From NCBI RefSeq assembly GCF_009914755.1, contig NC_060947.1: DNA of 64,000 nt. One strand, given 5' to 3'. Both the position numbers and the translations under genes were made by a program. This document shows, in pieces, positions 47,510 through 62,510 of the stretch (its first letter is position 1; every line of letters starts with the position of its first letter). Source of the stretch: the human T2T-CHM13v2.0 reference genome, Homo sapiens. The notes under the pieces were generated by a model that was not told where the DNA came from, did no database searches, and saw only the letters and a list, made by a program, of their open reading frames with translations.

Positions 47510-48518
47510 CTAAATATATAGACACTGATTCCCCACCCACAAATATGTAAAATGCGACAACTAACAGATAGTTTAAAGTGGGAAGAAAAAAGGACAGGTT
47601 AAAAAGAATGACAACCTTCCTCAAACCACCAGCAATAATTGTGTGAAGACTTGTTCAAAAGTTAAAATTCCCTAAAAATATACACATGTATATACATATA
47701 TTCACAGATATCCATGCAGAAATAAGAAAATGTCCCCAAAAGCACATATACACGAAATTGAAGGGATTATGTAACTCAGACTTTATCCACATTAATAATG
47801 AGTAAGTCCTGTATTGTTCATTTCTAGTTCATTGCCTGTCCATACCTAACACTCTTTATATTATTTTAAAAGAACTATGATAAAATTCTTCTAATGCTTA
47901 TTTTCTAATGCAGATCAAAGATATGAATAAAAAGTTATACAAAGAAAAATATGTGGAGAATCTACCACAGGAGTTCCTAAATGGTATTCTTAACAGTTAC
48001 ATAATAATAATCAACACAAGGTAATCATGGCTTACAAATCCAGTTTCCAAAAATAACTGGTGGCTGATATGACATGTTAAATGAAGCAAATGGCTGGAAA
48101 ACCCATATTGAGCTGACAGTTCATAAAACTCATGATGTGATAGGTGAGTTCTACAATTAGAAGTAACTCTTGGTGACTTAACAACTCTGATTATGCAGGC
48201 TATTTATTAAATACTGCAATTCATTATACAGAGGGAGGTTGTTATCTTTATGGAATTATCTGAAAAATGAAGAGAACTGGCTGACAGCTAAGGAAATGAG
48301 GCAAGAATAAAAGACAAAAAATGACAAAGTTATTTTGCCTGTTTTCCAGCCACAATCATACAGCAAAAATAAGATTGTATTCAAAACAGAAATCAATCAA
48401 AAATTGGTAGGATAAATAAAGTTTTCACACATATAGACACAAAACTATTTGGTTTCCTTTATTAGACATAACATAGGTTTGCTTGGATAAGTATTTTTCT
48501 TAATTTTAAACGACTAAG

Positions 48519-48810
48519 GGCCAGGCGTGGTGGCTCACACCTATAATCCCAGCATTTTGGGTGGCCGAGGTGGGTGGACCACCTGAGGTCAGAAGTTTGA
48601 GAGTGGCCGATACGGTGAAACCCTGTGTCTACTAAAAAAACAAACATTAGCTGAGTATGGTTGCGGGTGCCTGTAATCCCAGCTACTCGGGAGGCTGAGG
48701 CAGGAGAATCCCTAGAACCTGGAGCTAGAGGTTGCAGTGAGCCGAGATCGCACCATTGCACTCCAGCCTGGGTGACATGAGTGAAACTCCGTCTCAAAAA
48801 AAAAAAAAAA
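48519..48810 (+). mobile_element. AluS
   Basis: Alu dimer with A tail. Confidence 0.95.
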
Positions 48811-49420
48811 GACTAGGAAGCTAACATTTAAGAAAGATGAATGAAATAAATTAATACATTTGAATATTGAATATATTTTCCTAGGTTCCCCAATTATGGT
48901 TAGACAGCAAAACATTTATTACGAAAAATTAAGACAAATTCATTTCATAGAAAGAGAACAGTTCCATTAATTTTCTGTGGTGACTTGCAAAACGTTTCTA
49001 CACTCAGCAATGAATTCCTTCTGTAAATTATATTTGCTCAATTTAATTAATAAATACAGTAGCAATAAAGATAATTATTAACATTTACTCAATGTTGATT
49101 TAATTAGATTATATAATATATATTTGGAGATTTTTTCATTTGATCCAGAAAACACCTATATTATATAAAAATCATTATTAATTTGATAGCACAGATTGGC
49201 TGTGAAGTTTGAGTGGAGCAACATGTATAAACTACTTGAGTTACATAAAATGTCATAAGCACATCACTGAGTAGTGTATCACAGCGTTCATCACTGTGGC
49301 TGTCAAGGCTAATTCTTAATGCCACAGCAATGTCCAATTTCGACACTACTTAAAACATAGAAGTCCTGGAATTTCTGAGGTTAATCCTGTACTCGTTGCT
49401 ATTATTAGTGAATATTAAAC

Positions 49421-49600
49421 CCCACTATTCCATTGGTCCTCTTCAGGTTCTAGATTCTTCTCAATTTTCTGGGGTTTAAGTGGATTCCAAATCCCAATGA
49501 TCTTACCAGGGAGTAATGTTGGTCCTGTTACAACAAACCATTTATTTTTTTAATCTGCATGATATTGAATCCAGTTTCAAATACAGGCCTAAAACAGTAC
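49421..49600 (-). pseudogene. B-type exon remnant (180 nt)
   Basis: GPTLLPGKIIGIWNPLKPQKIEKNLEPEEDQWNSG. Acceptor 'tttatcctag'. Confidence 0.6.
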
Positions 49601-49659
49601 CTAGGATAAACTCAAAAGAGGTAATTCATAACAAACACTTATGAACACTCCACAAGCGT

Positions 49660-50190
49660 CTTACAGAGCAGCCAATACCTTCGTTCTGGCTTTTGACAAA
49701 AGAGACTGTTTGCGAGTCGACTGGCAAGGAGACAAGAGGAAAGCCTCAAATCTTTCTCCTTGACGGGCGTTGGGTTGGATTTTATAAGCAGAGGGTGATG
49801 AGGAGTGATCTGACTGGCTCTTGCAATGAGGTGATGCTAGGAGGCAGGATCTGACGGGATCCTGCCATGGGGTGACACAAGGGCTCAACCTGGTGGTATC
49901 CTGGGTCCTGCCATGCAGTGTCCACTTCCTAATTCAGTCCCCACTTCTTGGTCTGAGCACTTAGGTCCCTCCCATGGCTGCACGCTTAGTTCATCTGATC
50001 ATGTTCAAGTTATGTGACCTTCAACGTGGGGGTCCATAGCAACTGTAAAAGAACTCACAACTTTGTTACAGAAAAGTTGTTACAAACCCTCCCTTTTTTA
50101 TGTCCATTCCTCAATCTTGAGAGAAAAGGGGTAAGGACCATTCTAGATACTTCCTGCTGATTAGGATCACAGACCTTGTTTAAAGAACTG
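49660..50190 (-). mobile_element. Unclassified ERV LTR with short internal remnant
   Basis: GC-richer LTR-like block bounded by 'tgttaca' at ~50070, with an adjacent polypurine tract on the minus strand. Confidence 0.5.
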
Positions 50191-50199
50191 AAATTGTTT

Positions 50200-52370
50200 T
50201 TATTATCATATCTGCCATGCTGATCTGTGATCAGTGATCGTGGATGTTACTATTGTAATTGTTTTGGGGGTGCCACAAACCCCATCCATATAAGACAGCA
50301 AACAATTGTTAAATGTTATGTGTGTCCTGACTGTCCCCCCAATCATCTATTTCCCTTCTTTTTCCCTCTCCTTAGGATTCCTTATTCCCTGAGACCAAAA
50401 AAAAAAAAAAAAAAAAAGCTATGGAAATTAGGCCACTTAAAAACCCTACAATGACTTCTAAGTGTTCAAGTGAATGGAAGAGTCACACATCCCTATCTAT
50501 AAATTAAAAACTGATTAAGATTAGTGAGGAAAATATGTCAAAACCCAAGATAGGCCAAAAGCTAGGCCTTTTGCACCAGACAGTGAGCCAAGTTGTGGAT
50601 GCAAGGAAAAGTTTTCGAAGGAAATTAAAAATTCTACTCCAGTGAACATGCAAAGGAGAAGGAAATAAATCAGTCTTATAGCTGATATGGAGAGTTTGAG
50701 TGCTCTGGACAGATAAAACCAGACACAACAGTCTCTTAGGCCAGAAACTAATCCAAAGCAAGACTCTCCTCAATTCTATCAAGGCTGAGAGAGGTGAGGA
50801 AGTTGCAGAAGAAAAGTTTGAAGCTAGCAAAGGTGGGTTCGTCAGGTTTAAGGAAAGAAGCCATTGCCATACAAAAATGTAAGGAGAAGCACTAAGTGTT
50901 GATATAGAAGCTATAGCCAAGTTATCCAGATCTAGTTAAGATCATAGATGAAGTTGGCTACATGAAACAAGAGATTTTCAGTCCAGATGACACCACTTTC
51001 TAATGGAAGAACAAGCCATCTAGGATTTTTGTAGCTAGAGAGGAAATAACACTGCGTGGCCTCAAAGCTTTAAAGGACAGGGTGATGACTCTCTTGTTAG
51101 GGGCTAATGCAGCTGATGACTATAAGTTGAAGCCAAAGATCACTTATGATACTAAAAATCCTAGGGCCCTTGAGAATTATGCTAAATCTTCTCTGCCTGC
51201 ACTCTATAAATGGAACAGCAAAGCCTGGATGACAGCACATCTGTTTACAGCATGGTTTACTACTTTAAACCCACTATTGAGATCTACTGCTTAAAAATCA
51301 AAAAGATTCCTTTCAAAGTATTTTTGCTCATTGACAATGCACCTAGTCACCAAAGAGCTCAGATGGAGAAATACAAGGAGATAAATGTTTTCCTGTCTGC
51401 TAACACAATATCCATTTTGGAGCCCATGAATCAAGGAGTGATTTTAATTTTCAAGGCTTATTATTTAAGAAATACATTTCATAAGGCTATAGCTGTCATA
51501 AATAGTAATTGCTATGATGGATCTAGGCGAAGTCAATTAAAAATCTTCTGTAAGGGATTCACCATTCTAGATTCCCTTAAGAATGTACATGATTTATAGG
51601 AGGCTGTCAAATATCAAAATTAATAGGTGTTTCGGAGAAGTTGATTCCAACCCTCAGGGATGAATCTGAGGCGTTCAAGACTTCAGTGGAGGAAGTAATT
51701 GCAGACTTGGTGGAGATAGCAAGAGAACAAGAAATATTGAAGCCTCAAGGTGTGTCTGAATTGCTACAATCTCATGATAAAACTTTAACAAGAGAGCAAA
51801 GAAAGTGGTTTCTTGAGATGAAATCTACTCCTGGTAAAAATGCCGTGAACAGTGTTGAAATGACAACAAAGAATTGAAAATAGTAAATAAATTTAGTTGT
51901 AAATGCAACAGCAGGGTTGGAGAGGATTGACTCCAAATTGGCAAAAAAGTTCAATTGTGGGTAAAATGCTACCCAAGAGCATTGCATGCTACAGTGAAAT
52001 CTTTTGTAAAGGCAAGATCAATTGATACAGCAAACTTCAACTTCAGAAATTGCCCCAACCACCCCAACCTTCAGCAACTACCAACAACAGCCAATGATAT
52101 TGAGGCAAGACCCCTACCAGTAAAAAGATGATGACTCACTGAAGGATTAGATGATCTTTAGCATTTTTTTTACCAATACAGAATTATTAAATTTAGACAT
52201 GTACTTTTTAGACATAATGCTATTGCATATTTAATAGACTACAGTACAGCGTAAACCTAAGTTTTATATGCACTGGGAAACCAAAGAATTTGTTTGACTT
52301 GCTTTCTTGTGATATATACTTCATTGTGGTGGTCTGAAACTGAACACACAATATCTCTGAGGTATGCCTA
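50200..52370 (+). mobile_element. Tigger1 with disrupted transposase, left end missing
   Basis: Transposase fragments ([29 protein letters not shown]) in shifted frames. Right TIR 'ctctgaggtatgcct'. Confidence 0.92.
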
Positions 52371-52849
52371 TACTTTATGTTGCCTAGGTTCTCTACTTAC
52401 TATGAAATTATACCATATCTATTATTTTTTAAAAAATTACTAAAGACATTTCCTTTTTTCAAACAATGGAAACTATATCACTAATTATTATCAAGGGCCA
52501 TGAACAATTCACTACACTCCACACTCACCAATATTTCCCATCTTTTAAATGATAATCATTTGTGGTATTCATAAAATAAAAACAACCAATATTAACATCA
52601 ATTTGATGCTTCTTAACGTTTCAGATAGAGTGTCTGAACTGAATTTGTGAACTCTTTAATCATCAAAAAATTATATAAACTTATTTAATTTATATTATAT
52701 GATTTTTACTAGTTTTAAGTGGAGAGGTGTAAAATAATTTTGAAACTTAAGAAGTGACAATATAAACATAAATGTTTATGTAATCACAGCATCCATTTTT
52801 ACTAAAGACGCATACATTAGTGACACAGTTATTTCTCATTCAGACCTAC

Positions 52850-52956
52850 CATACAAAACCACAGGATGTGAACCTCAGCAAAGTCCTTCTGAGAACTAAC
52901 TGTTACCATCTCACTGCTTGCCTCTATTACCTCAAATCCTCACAGCTGCCTGAGGT
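52850..52956 (-). pseudogene. B-type exon remnant, paralog of 32436-32571
   Basis: Shared 'actttgct...catcctgtg'. Donor 'ATG|gtaggt'. Confidence 0.45.
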
Positions 52957-53381
52957 CTACGTGGCACATGGCAAAGATTGTTTCATGTGAAGATCCAGGT
53001 AGTTATAGATAGATTAAGAAAGATACGTGGAATAACATTTATAAAAAGCAATAGTTTTTAAACAATTTGTTCCCATTTTACTAGATATGCCAAGAACTGA
53101 AAATTTTCATTAAAATTCATTAGAACATGACTTTATTAAAAGTTCACTTGGAATGGAATATTAGCAAGTCATTTAGCCTTTAAATGTCCCAAAATTTCCA
53201 AAAAGGTGAAAATTAAACTTCACCCTAGAAACACTTGTAAAATTAATCATCATCATAGTAGTTATGGTCATAACCATCATTTGATGAATGATTACATATC
53301 TAGGAGATATAGTACTTTGGGAACCTAAAAGGCAACATAGAAGTAAAAACAATTTGATTATCACATGATTAGATCACTTAC

Positions 53382-53493
53382 CTGCTATAACCCATTTTCA
53401 CTGCATTCTAAATCAGTTAGTAATTGATGCTATAAGGCTTTATTCAACTCTAATTCGTAAAAACTGTAAGTGTAATAATCTAACAAGAACAGT
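53382..53493 (-). pseudogene. C-type exon remnant (112 nt)
   Basis: 'ccttatattttag|ACTG...AGCAG|gtaagt'. LFLLDYYTYSFYELELNKAL*HQLLTDLECSEN. Confidence 0.7.
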
Positions 53494-54503
53494 CTAAAAT
53501 ATAAGGAGGACTCCTAGAGAACACAGCTGGGTTTGAAAACCTAGTTACACATGCTCGCCTCAGCAGCACATTTAGTAAAAACCTAGTTATATACCTGACT
53601 GCCAGTAATACCAAAAATAATGGAGATAAAAACATTATCAACATAAACAAAAAAGGCTAAGAAAGTTCTTATCATATCTTTTCTAGATATTCATGAAGAA
53701 GATAACATGGATTTCTTGACAAAAACAAAATGTACCAAAATCAGGAGATGCGAAATGTCTACTTTGTAAGAAGGACTTTGATTTCATTTTGCCCAGATTA
53801 TCTCATTGCCAATGCACACTGAGAACATAGATGTTACATTCAGGGAAATTTTACAAAGCAATGTTATTTTTAACATCTAAATATCAACAAGTTATATCAT
53901 TCAAGAAATCCTTAGAGAAAGTAGGAAAAATATTTGCCACACTGCATCCTCAATGGTATTGTCAAAATTTGAACATCCAGGGTTATTGTCCAAGTAATTC
54001 ACAGAGACTTTGTTAGAAAAGAGTGCAAACTGTTGTGACATATGGGAAAACGTGTATATAGTAGAAAAATATTTACATCCTCAGTTTACATCATTAATCC
54101 AAATGTATACCACTTTAATTACAGTGTTGTATTATAAAACACCAAATGCTTTTTGATCTAGACAGGTGAAAATTTTTCACATTCATGAACCGATAATACA
54201 TAAAAATCAGAGTCTAATACCGTATTTTACCAAATGACAGGCTCAAGACTCACACAGAAATGCACATGTTAGCTTCGATTATGGGGACAGAATACATGTT
54301 TGTTTAAACCAAAAAAATAGATTTCATTATTAAGTTACCATGGAATTCATTATGAAAAAGATATGGGAATGCAGAAATATGTGTTCGTCTGGGGTTAAGT
54401 GTATCTTAGATTCACGAATTACTGTAAAAATAAAAGTACATGCATCATTAAAAATCCAATATGAAAAAAAGAAAAACAATGGTTACTTTCTCTGGTGTCC
54501 TAA

Positions 54504-54834
<331 letters not shown>

Positions 54835-54932
54835 AAAAGTTTTCTATCTGTATAACAATAATTTTTAATGTTAATAAAAATCATAATTAAGCATTAATAC
54901 TGATCATTAACACTGACTTAATGATCACTTAC

Positions 54933-55031
54933 CTGTCATTATGAGTTCCTTTGATCAAATTCTAGTAGTGTTCAAAATCACTCACAACATTCCTCATTAC
55001 ATGAAATTGTTATTAATTTTCTATCCCAGAA
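54933..55031 (-). pseudogene. C-type-related exon remnant (99 nt)
   Basis: 'aacaacag|TTCTGG...GACAG|gtaagt'. Shares 'tactagaatt' with 63863-63961. Paralog at ~34822-34915. Confidence 0.55.
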
Positions 55032-55220
55032 CTGTTGTTAGAAATATTTGAAAAATACGCGTTAAAAATTTTTAACAAAAATAGTGACAGGCACATAAGT
55101 GAGTACATTATCACAACATGAACTTCCATTATGGTAAGGTGACTGTAACTACAGAGATTTCCCATTCAGAAATTCCTCACATACATACACAAAAATTCCA
55201 GAATGTTAGTGAAGACTAAC

Positions 55221-55441
55221 CATCCTTTCTAACTGCCCATCTTTCGTGGTTAAGTTCCCGTGGTGTCTGGGTCCTAGGAGAGAGATAAGACCTAACTTCA
55301 TTAACTGGAAGCACACTTGGCCCAGGGTGATGCAAACTGAATGTTGCTTCTTTTGTAACTTCAAACTCACCTCCAAATGTGGGACTAACATAGTGAAACC
55401 CAACAAGAGTGATGACAGAATAATACATATTTTGGCAATAG
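55221..55441 (-). pseudogene. B-type (long) exon with an open frame
   Basis: ORF 55216-55428: ..GGEFEVTKEATFSLHHPGPSVLPVNEV...NHERW... Donor 'GATG|gttagt'. Confidence 0.65.
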
Positions 55442-55602
55442 CTGGGATCAAACTTTGCTAACTACATAGAAGTCAATCATTCCAACAGTACATTAATAGA
55501 AGAGATACTGTGCTCAAAAAACAGAATGAATTGATTTTTAAAAATATGTAATCTGAATCTTGGATTGAAAAGAATCAAAAGCGGTCAACTGAAGCCGCTC
55601 AC

Positions 55603-55746
55603 ATCTGCTCTCTTCCCAACGTCTTCTTTTTGTTTTCCAGGCTTCAACTGTATGAAAATGCATTTAGATCTCTTTTGGCATGGATTTGCAAGAAGTGATC
55701 TAAAGGGTGAACACATTGAATATCAATCAGCAGAATATATTTCAAT
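55603..55746 (-). pseudogene. Exon remnant (144 nt)
   Basis: 'ttttttgtacag|ATTGAA...GCAGAT|gtgagc'. Partial paralog at ~35410-35460. Confidence 0.5.
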
Positions 55747-56508
55747 CTGTACAAAAAACCGGAAAAAACTACAACATCCTGGAAATACAATTGAACACAC
55801 TGGTCTGTCTATATGATGACAAATGGCATATGAAAAATAGAGCTATATTGTAAACACCGGGCATCTAGAACTGGTTTAAAGCGAGATGTGGAGAAGCATG
55901 TTTATTGTGAGAGATAATTAAATTTTACATTATAAACACCTACTCGTTGTACTAGATTCACTGAATTTAAAAATATTCATTGAATCATAATAGTTCAATG
56001 TATTTTTAAAAATCTTCCTGTGTGATATTATCAGGTTATTTAGTCATTACAATTTCTATGAATACCATCCTGTTAAAAGTGGTAAGTAAAAGTGTTCTTT
56101 GTGTTAATAATAAACATAAGAGTAGCAGTAGTAACAGCAACGGCAAAAAGTAGTATCTCCTGAATAATTACACACTAGACAGGAAATATAATAGATTTTC
56201 TAATTTAACAATCATAACAAATATGTATTGACATTTTTAATACTTCTTAATAATCATAACATTTAATGAATATGAAAGGAGACAGTATGTGAAATGACAG
56301 TTCCGCCCCGTATAAAAATGTTTTGGTCAACGACAGACTGCATATACAATGGTGGTCCCATAAGTTTCAAATGGAGCTGAAAAATTCCCATTGCCTGGTG
56401 ACATAGTAGCTGTCCTAAAATTCTAGTGCGACACATTACTCACGTGTTTGTGGTGATACTGGTGTAAACAAACCTACAGTGCTACCATTCATATAAAAGT
56501 GTAGCACA

Positions 56509-56809
<301 letters not shown>

Positions 56810-57279
56810 GTGTAGCACATATAATACATACAGTACATAATATGTGATGACAATAAGCAAGTACGTTATGGGATTACATTTTTCTATACCATACCTTTTA
56901 TTATTTGAGCATATACAATGGTGGTTCCATAAGATTATAGTATAGCTGAAAAATACATATGATTTGGTGTTGTCATAACATAGCACACAAAATTATGTAT
57001 AGTATATAATATTTGATAATGATAATAAATGACTATGTTACTGGAATATGTATTTTCTATACTATTTATCATTTTAGAAGGTACTCCTTGTACTTCTTAA
57101 AACCAAAGTTAACTATAAAACAGCCTCAGTTTCTCCAGGAGATATTCCAGAGGAAGGCATTGTTATTATGGGACATGACGACACCATGTGTGTTACTGCC
57201 TCTGAAGAACTAGTGGAGCAAATGTGAAGGTGGAAGACAGTGACATTGATGTTCCCGACCCTAGATAGGTCTAGGTTAA

Positions 57280-57604
<325 letters not shown>

Positions 57605-58699
57605 TGTATCTTAGTTTTTAACAACAACTTTTAAACAGTAAAAAAGAAAAAGAAAACAGCTTATGGAATAAGGAGATAAAGAAAGCTTAAAACAACTTTG
57701 TGTTTTAAGCTAAGGGTTATTAGAAAAAAGTAAAAAGTTTAAAAAATTAAGTTAATAGAAATTTACAGTAAGCTAAGGTTAATTTATTACTGAAGAAAGA
57801 AGAATATTTTAAAATACATTTAGTGTAGCCTCAGTGTAAAGTATTTATAAAGCCTACAGCAGTATACAGTAATGTCCTAGGTCTTCACGTTCTCTCACCA
57901 CTCACTTACCGGCTCACCCAGAGCCACCTGCTGTCCTACAACTTCCATTCCTGGTAAGTGCCCTATAGATGTGTACTATTTTTTAACTTCATACTATATT
58001 TTACTATACCTTTTCTATGTTGAGATACAAATATACTTACAATTGTGTTATATTTGCCTACAGTATCCAGTACAGTAACACTCTGTACAGGTTTGTAGTC
58101 AAGGTGCCATAGGCTATACCATACGGTTTAGGTGTGTGGTAGGCTACAACATCTAGGTTTGTGTAAGTACATTCTATGATGTTCACACAGTGACAAAACT
58201 GCCTAAGGACACATTTTTTAGAACATATCCCCTTTGTTAAGTGATACACAAAAGTACATTTGAAATAGAAAGTTAGCAAACTCTAAAGCAATATTAGTAC
58301 AGCAAAAAGCTATGAAGTATCATTTACATATATGTTAAATTCCTATTTTAAAAATCAGAATCTCCTAATAACATCAACAATCAATCATTAACCAAAGAAT
58401 ATCGAAATAAGAATGCATGCAAAACATTTTAAAAGTTTAAAATTTCTAAAAATGAACTTACGTTGTATTTTTCTGTTATAACAAGCAGATATCATAATAT
58501 CCTGGCAAATGACATATACAAATAAAATGATTATGAAACAGGTAATTTAAATATGACCTGCCAAACAATATTTATATTATAGTATTACTGATTTTTCTTA
58601 AATAAATTCATTATCAATCTACAATTAACAGTGATTATTATTTTAAAGGGAATTTGAGAATGTGCTTCTAATGTTTACCTCAATATAAATGGATGATAT

Positions 58700-60290
58700 C
58701 AAGTTTTTACAGAATTAGAAAAAGCTATTCTAAAATTCATATGGACCAAAAAAGATTCCAATTAAACCAAAGCAATCCTAATAAAAAAGAGCAAAGTTGG
58801 AGGCATCATACTACCAGACTTCAAACTACACAACAAGGCTACAGTAACCAAAACAGCATGGCACTTGTACAAAAACAGACACACAGACCAATGAAACAGA
58901 TTAGAGAACCCAGACCTAAAGCCACACACCTACAACCATCTGATGTTTGGCAAAGCCAACAATAATAAGCAATGGAGAAAGGAATCCCTATTCAATAAAT
59001 AGTGTGAGGATAGCTAGCTAGCCATATGCAGATGAAACTGGACCCCAACCTTTCACCATATACAAAAATTGACTCAAGATGGATTAAAGACTTAAATGTA
59101 AGACCTCAAACTGTAAAAATCCTTAAAGAAAACCTAGGAAATATCCTTCTTTATTTCAGACTTGGCAAAGAGTTTATGGTTAATTCCTCAAAAGCGATTG
59201 TAACAAAAAAATTGACATGTGGAACCATATTAAACTACAGAGCTTCATCAAGGCAAGAAAAAACTATCAAGGGAATAAGCAGACAACTTATAGAATGGCA
59301 GAAAATATTCACAAACTATGCATCTTACAAAGGTCTAATATTCAGAATCTATGAGGAACAAGCCAAAAACAAACCCCATTAAAAAGTGGGCAAAGTACAC
59401 AAACACTTCTCAAATGAAGACATACAAGCAGCCAACAAATATATGAAAAAATGCTCAACATCACTTATTCATGGGAGGAATGCAAATCAAAACTACAATG
59501 ACATACCATCTCACATCAGTCAGAATGGCTTTTGTTAAAAAGGCAAAAACAATAACAGATGTTAGTGAGATTGTGAAGAAAAGGGAACACTTAAACACTG
59601 TTGTTGGGAATGTAAATTACTTCAGCCACTGTGGAGATCAGTTTCGCGATTTCTCAGAGAACTAAAACTTGAACTACCATTTAACTCAGCAATCCCATTA
59701 TTGGGTAAATACCCAAAGGAAAATAAATCATTCTACCAAAAAGGTGCATTCACCCATATGTTCATCGCAGTGCTATTCATAATAGCAAATACATGGAATC
59801 AATGCATATCCCCATCAGCAGTGGACTGGATAAAGAAAATGAGGTAGACATACACCATGGAATACTACACCATTACAAAGAGAACAAAATCATGTTCTTT
59901 ACGGCAACATGGATGCCACTGGAAACCATTATCCTAAGCGAAATAATGCAGAAGCAGAAAAACAAGTACCACATATTCTCGTTTATAAGTGGGAGCTAAA
60001 CATTGGATACATATAGAGATAAAGATGTGAACAATACACACTGGGGAATACAAGAGGAGGGAGGGAGGGAAATGGGTAAGCATTGAGAAACTACCTACTG
60101 GGTCCTATGCTCACTACGTGAATGACAAGTTTCATTCATATTCCAGACTTCAGCATCACACAATGTACGTTTGTAACAAACCTGCACATGTACCCACTAC
60201 ATTTTACAATCCACTTACAAATTTATCAGATGTACTATTTTCAGTCTTTCTTCTATTAGTTGTAATTCTAAAATAAAAGTTGAAAAATAA
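58700..60290 (+). mobile_element. 5'-truncated L1 (old L1PA/L1PB-like)
   Basis: Degenerate ORF2 C-terminus (ORFs 59026, 59471, 59793), 3'UTR, terminal 'ctaaaataaaagttgaaaa'. Confidence 0.9.
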
Positions 60291-60420
60291 CTAATTCTAA
60301 CGTTACTACTAGTTAGGTATTAAAGTCTTAAAGCTTTCGTATTTTAAAATGGGAATAAATATCTGGACTGTCTATAAATAAAGAAAAAACACAACAGGAA
60401 GAAAAAGTTACATTACTTAC

Positions 60421-60515
60421 TTCTTACTGAACTGTCAATGGACTAGGGGACTTTGGGTGAAATTTCCCATTTACCCTCCTGACAAACCTCTGTAACTGAA
60501 TCTTTTACTAACTCA
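60421..60515 (-). pseudogene. A-type exon remnant
   Basis: 'tctgtttcag|TGAGTT...AAGAA|gtaagt'. *VSKRFSYRGLS. Confidence 0.65.
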
Positions 60516-60575
60516 CTGAAACAGATTTCTCATGGGTATTATGACACATTCATTTCCTATTTACAATCTACTTAC

Positions 60576-60677
60576 TGATCTACCAGATGTACTATTTTCA
60601 CTCATTCCATCTATTAGTTGTAATTCACCATCAGTATTCAATTGTATCTCTTTAAGCCAAATGGTCCCACAATTTTG
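60576..60677 (-). pseudogene. C-type exon, best-preserved copy (102 nt, open, phase 0-0)
   Basis: 'aaaacag|CAA...TCA|gtaagt'. QNCGTIWLKEIQLNTDGELQLIDGMSENSTSGRS. Confidence 0.7.
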
Positions 60678-60779
60678 CTGTTTTAGATGTGACAACCTAA
60701 GCCCATTGCTATCAATTACTTCCAAATCCATTATGTGATATAGTTATTTTCAGAACAGAAGCATCCCTTTGCTACTTAC

Positions 60780-60888
60780 TAACTAGGATGCCATCCATGT
60801 TTGGTGATTAGAGTTCTCCAGTTTTGTACTGTGTGCTGGTGACGGCCCAGGTTCAACTTCATTACTGGAAGCAAAGTAGCCCCACTCT
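60780..60888 (-). pseudogene. B-type exon remnant
   Basis: 'actttctag|AGAG...GTTA|gtaagt'. 'tgcttccagtaatgaagtt' versus 'tgcttccagttaatgaagtt' at 55.3 kb (1-nt frameshift). Confidence 0.65.
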
Positions 60889-61104
60889 CTAGAAAGTAAT
60901 GTTTTTTTACATTGCAGCCTTGAGTTATTACGAGCAGTGCTAACCTAGAAAGACCAAACAAATTTATCCTGACACACGATTCCTTAAGAAAACTTGCAGA
61001 AAGTACATTGAAAAGTAAAAATCAACAAAAATAATAAAGCAATTATAATATGAAAACTAAACCTTGGTTAAATTTTAAATAACCAGGTATCATTTAAAAT
61101 TAAA

Positions 61105-61440
<336 letters not shown>

Positions 61441-61477
61441 AAGGGTCAATTATTATTGTTAACTTTTTTCCCTATCC

Positions 61478-62510
61478 AAAAAAAAAAAAAAAAAAAAAAA
61501 AACACATGCTGGAGAGACTGTGGAGAAATGGGAATGCTTGTACACTGTTGGTGTGAATGTAAATTAGTTCAGCCACTGTAGAAAGCAGTTTTGAGATTTC
61601 ACAAAAAAACAGCTACTATTCAACCCAGCAATCCCATTACTGGGTATATACTGAAAGGAAAACGATCATTATGCCAAAAAAAAAAAAACACGTGCACTCA
61701 CATATTCACCACCATGCTATTAACAATAGCAAAGACATGGAATCAACCTAGGTGCTCATCAATGATCGAAATGGATAAAGAAAATGTGATGCATATATAC
61801 AATGGAAAACTATATAGCGATAAAAAAGAATAAAATCAAGTCCTTTACAGCAACATGGATGAAGCTGGAGGCTGTGATCCTAAGCAAGCTGATGTAGGAA
61901 CAGAAAACCTAATACTGCACGTTCTCACTTATAAGTGGAAATTAAACATTGAGGATCCATGGACATAAACATGGGAATAATAGACACTGTGGACTACTAG
62001 AGAGGGCAGGAGAAAAGAGTGGTGGGTTTAAAAACTATCTATTGGGTACAGTATCAGTCCATTTTCATGCTGCTGATAAAGACATACCCAAGACTGGGAA
62101 GAAAAATAGGTTTAATGGACTCACAGTTCCATGTGGCTGGGAAGGCCTCAAAATCATGGTAGAAGGCAAGGAGGAGTAAGTCACATCTTACATGGATGGC
62201 AGCAGGCAAAGAGAGAGAAAGCTTGTGCAGGGAAACTCCTGCTTTTAAAACTGCCAGATATCATAAGACTTATTCACTATCACTAGAACAGCATGGGAAA
62301 GACCCACCCCCATGATTGAATTATCTCCCACTAGGTCCCTCCCCCAACACATGGGAATTATGGGAGCCACAAGATGAGATTTGGGTGGGGACACAGAGCC
62401 AAACCATATCAGGTACTATGTTCTCTACCTGCATGCAATATACCCATGTAACAAACCCACACAAGTACTTCCTATATTTAAAATAAAAATTGAAATGAAA
62501 AGAAAAGAAG
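61478..62510 (+). mobile_element. L1 3' fragment (old L1PA-like) split by a THE1 LTR
   Basis: ORF2 end and 3'UTR continuing after 62411. Confidence 0.85.
62050..62411 (-). mobile_element. THE1 solo LTR
   Basis: 'catgctgctgataaagacataccc'...'aaaccatatca'. TSD ggtac. Confidence 0.92.

Noticed and set aside
50460-51880. TIGD-like domesticated transposase
   Set aside because: Split into short ORFs in different frames. An ordinary decayed Tigger1.
53382-53493. Frame TVLVRLLHLQFLRIRVE resembles the GARIN/FAM71 motif LTRLLPLRFVKISIH
   Set aside because: Comparison with paralogs at 32.9, 60.6 and 3.8 kb favours a different frame (LD..F.ELE.NK), and no other GARIN motifs are seen.
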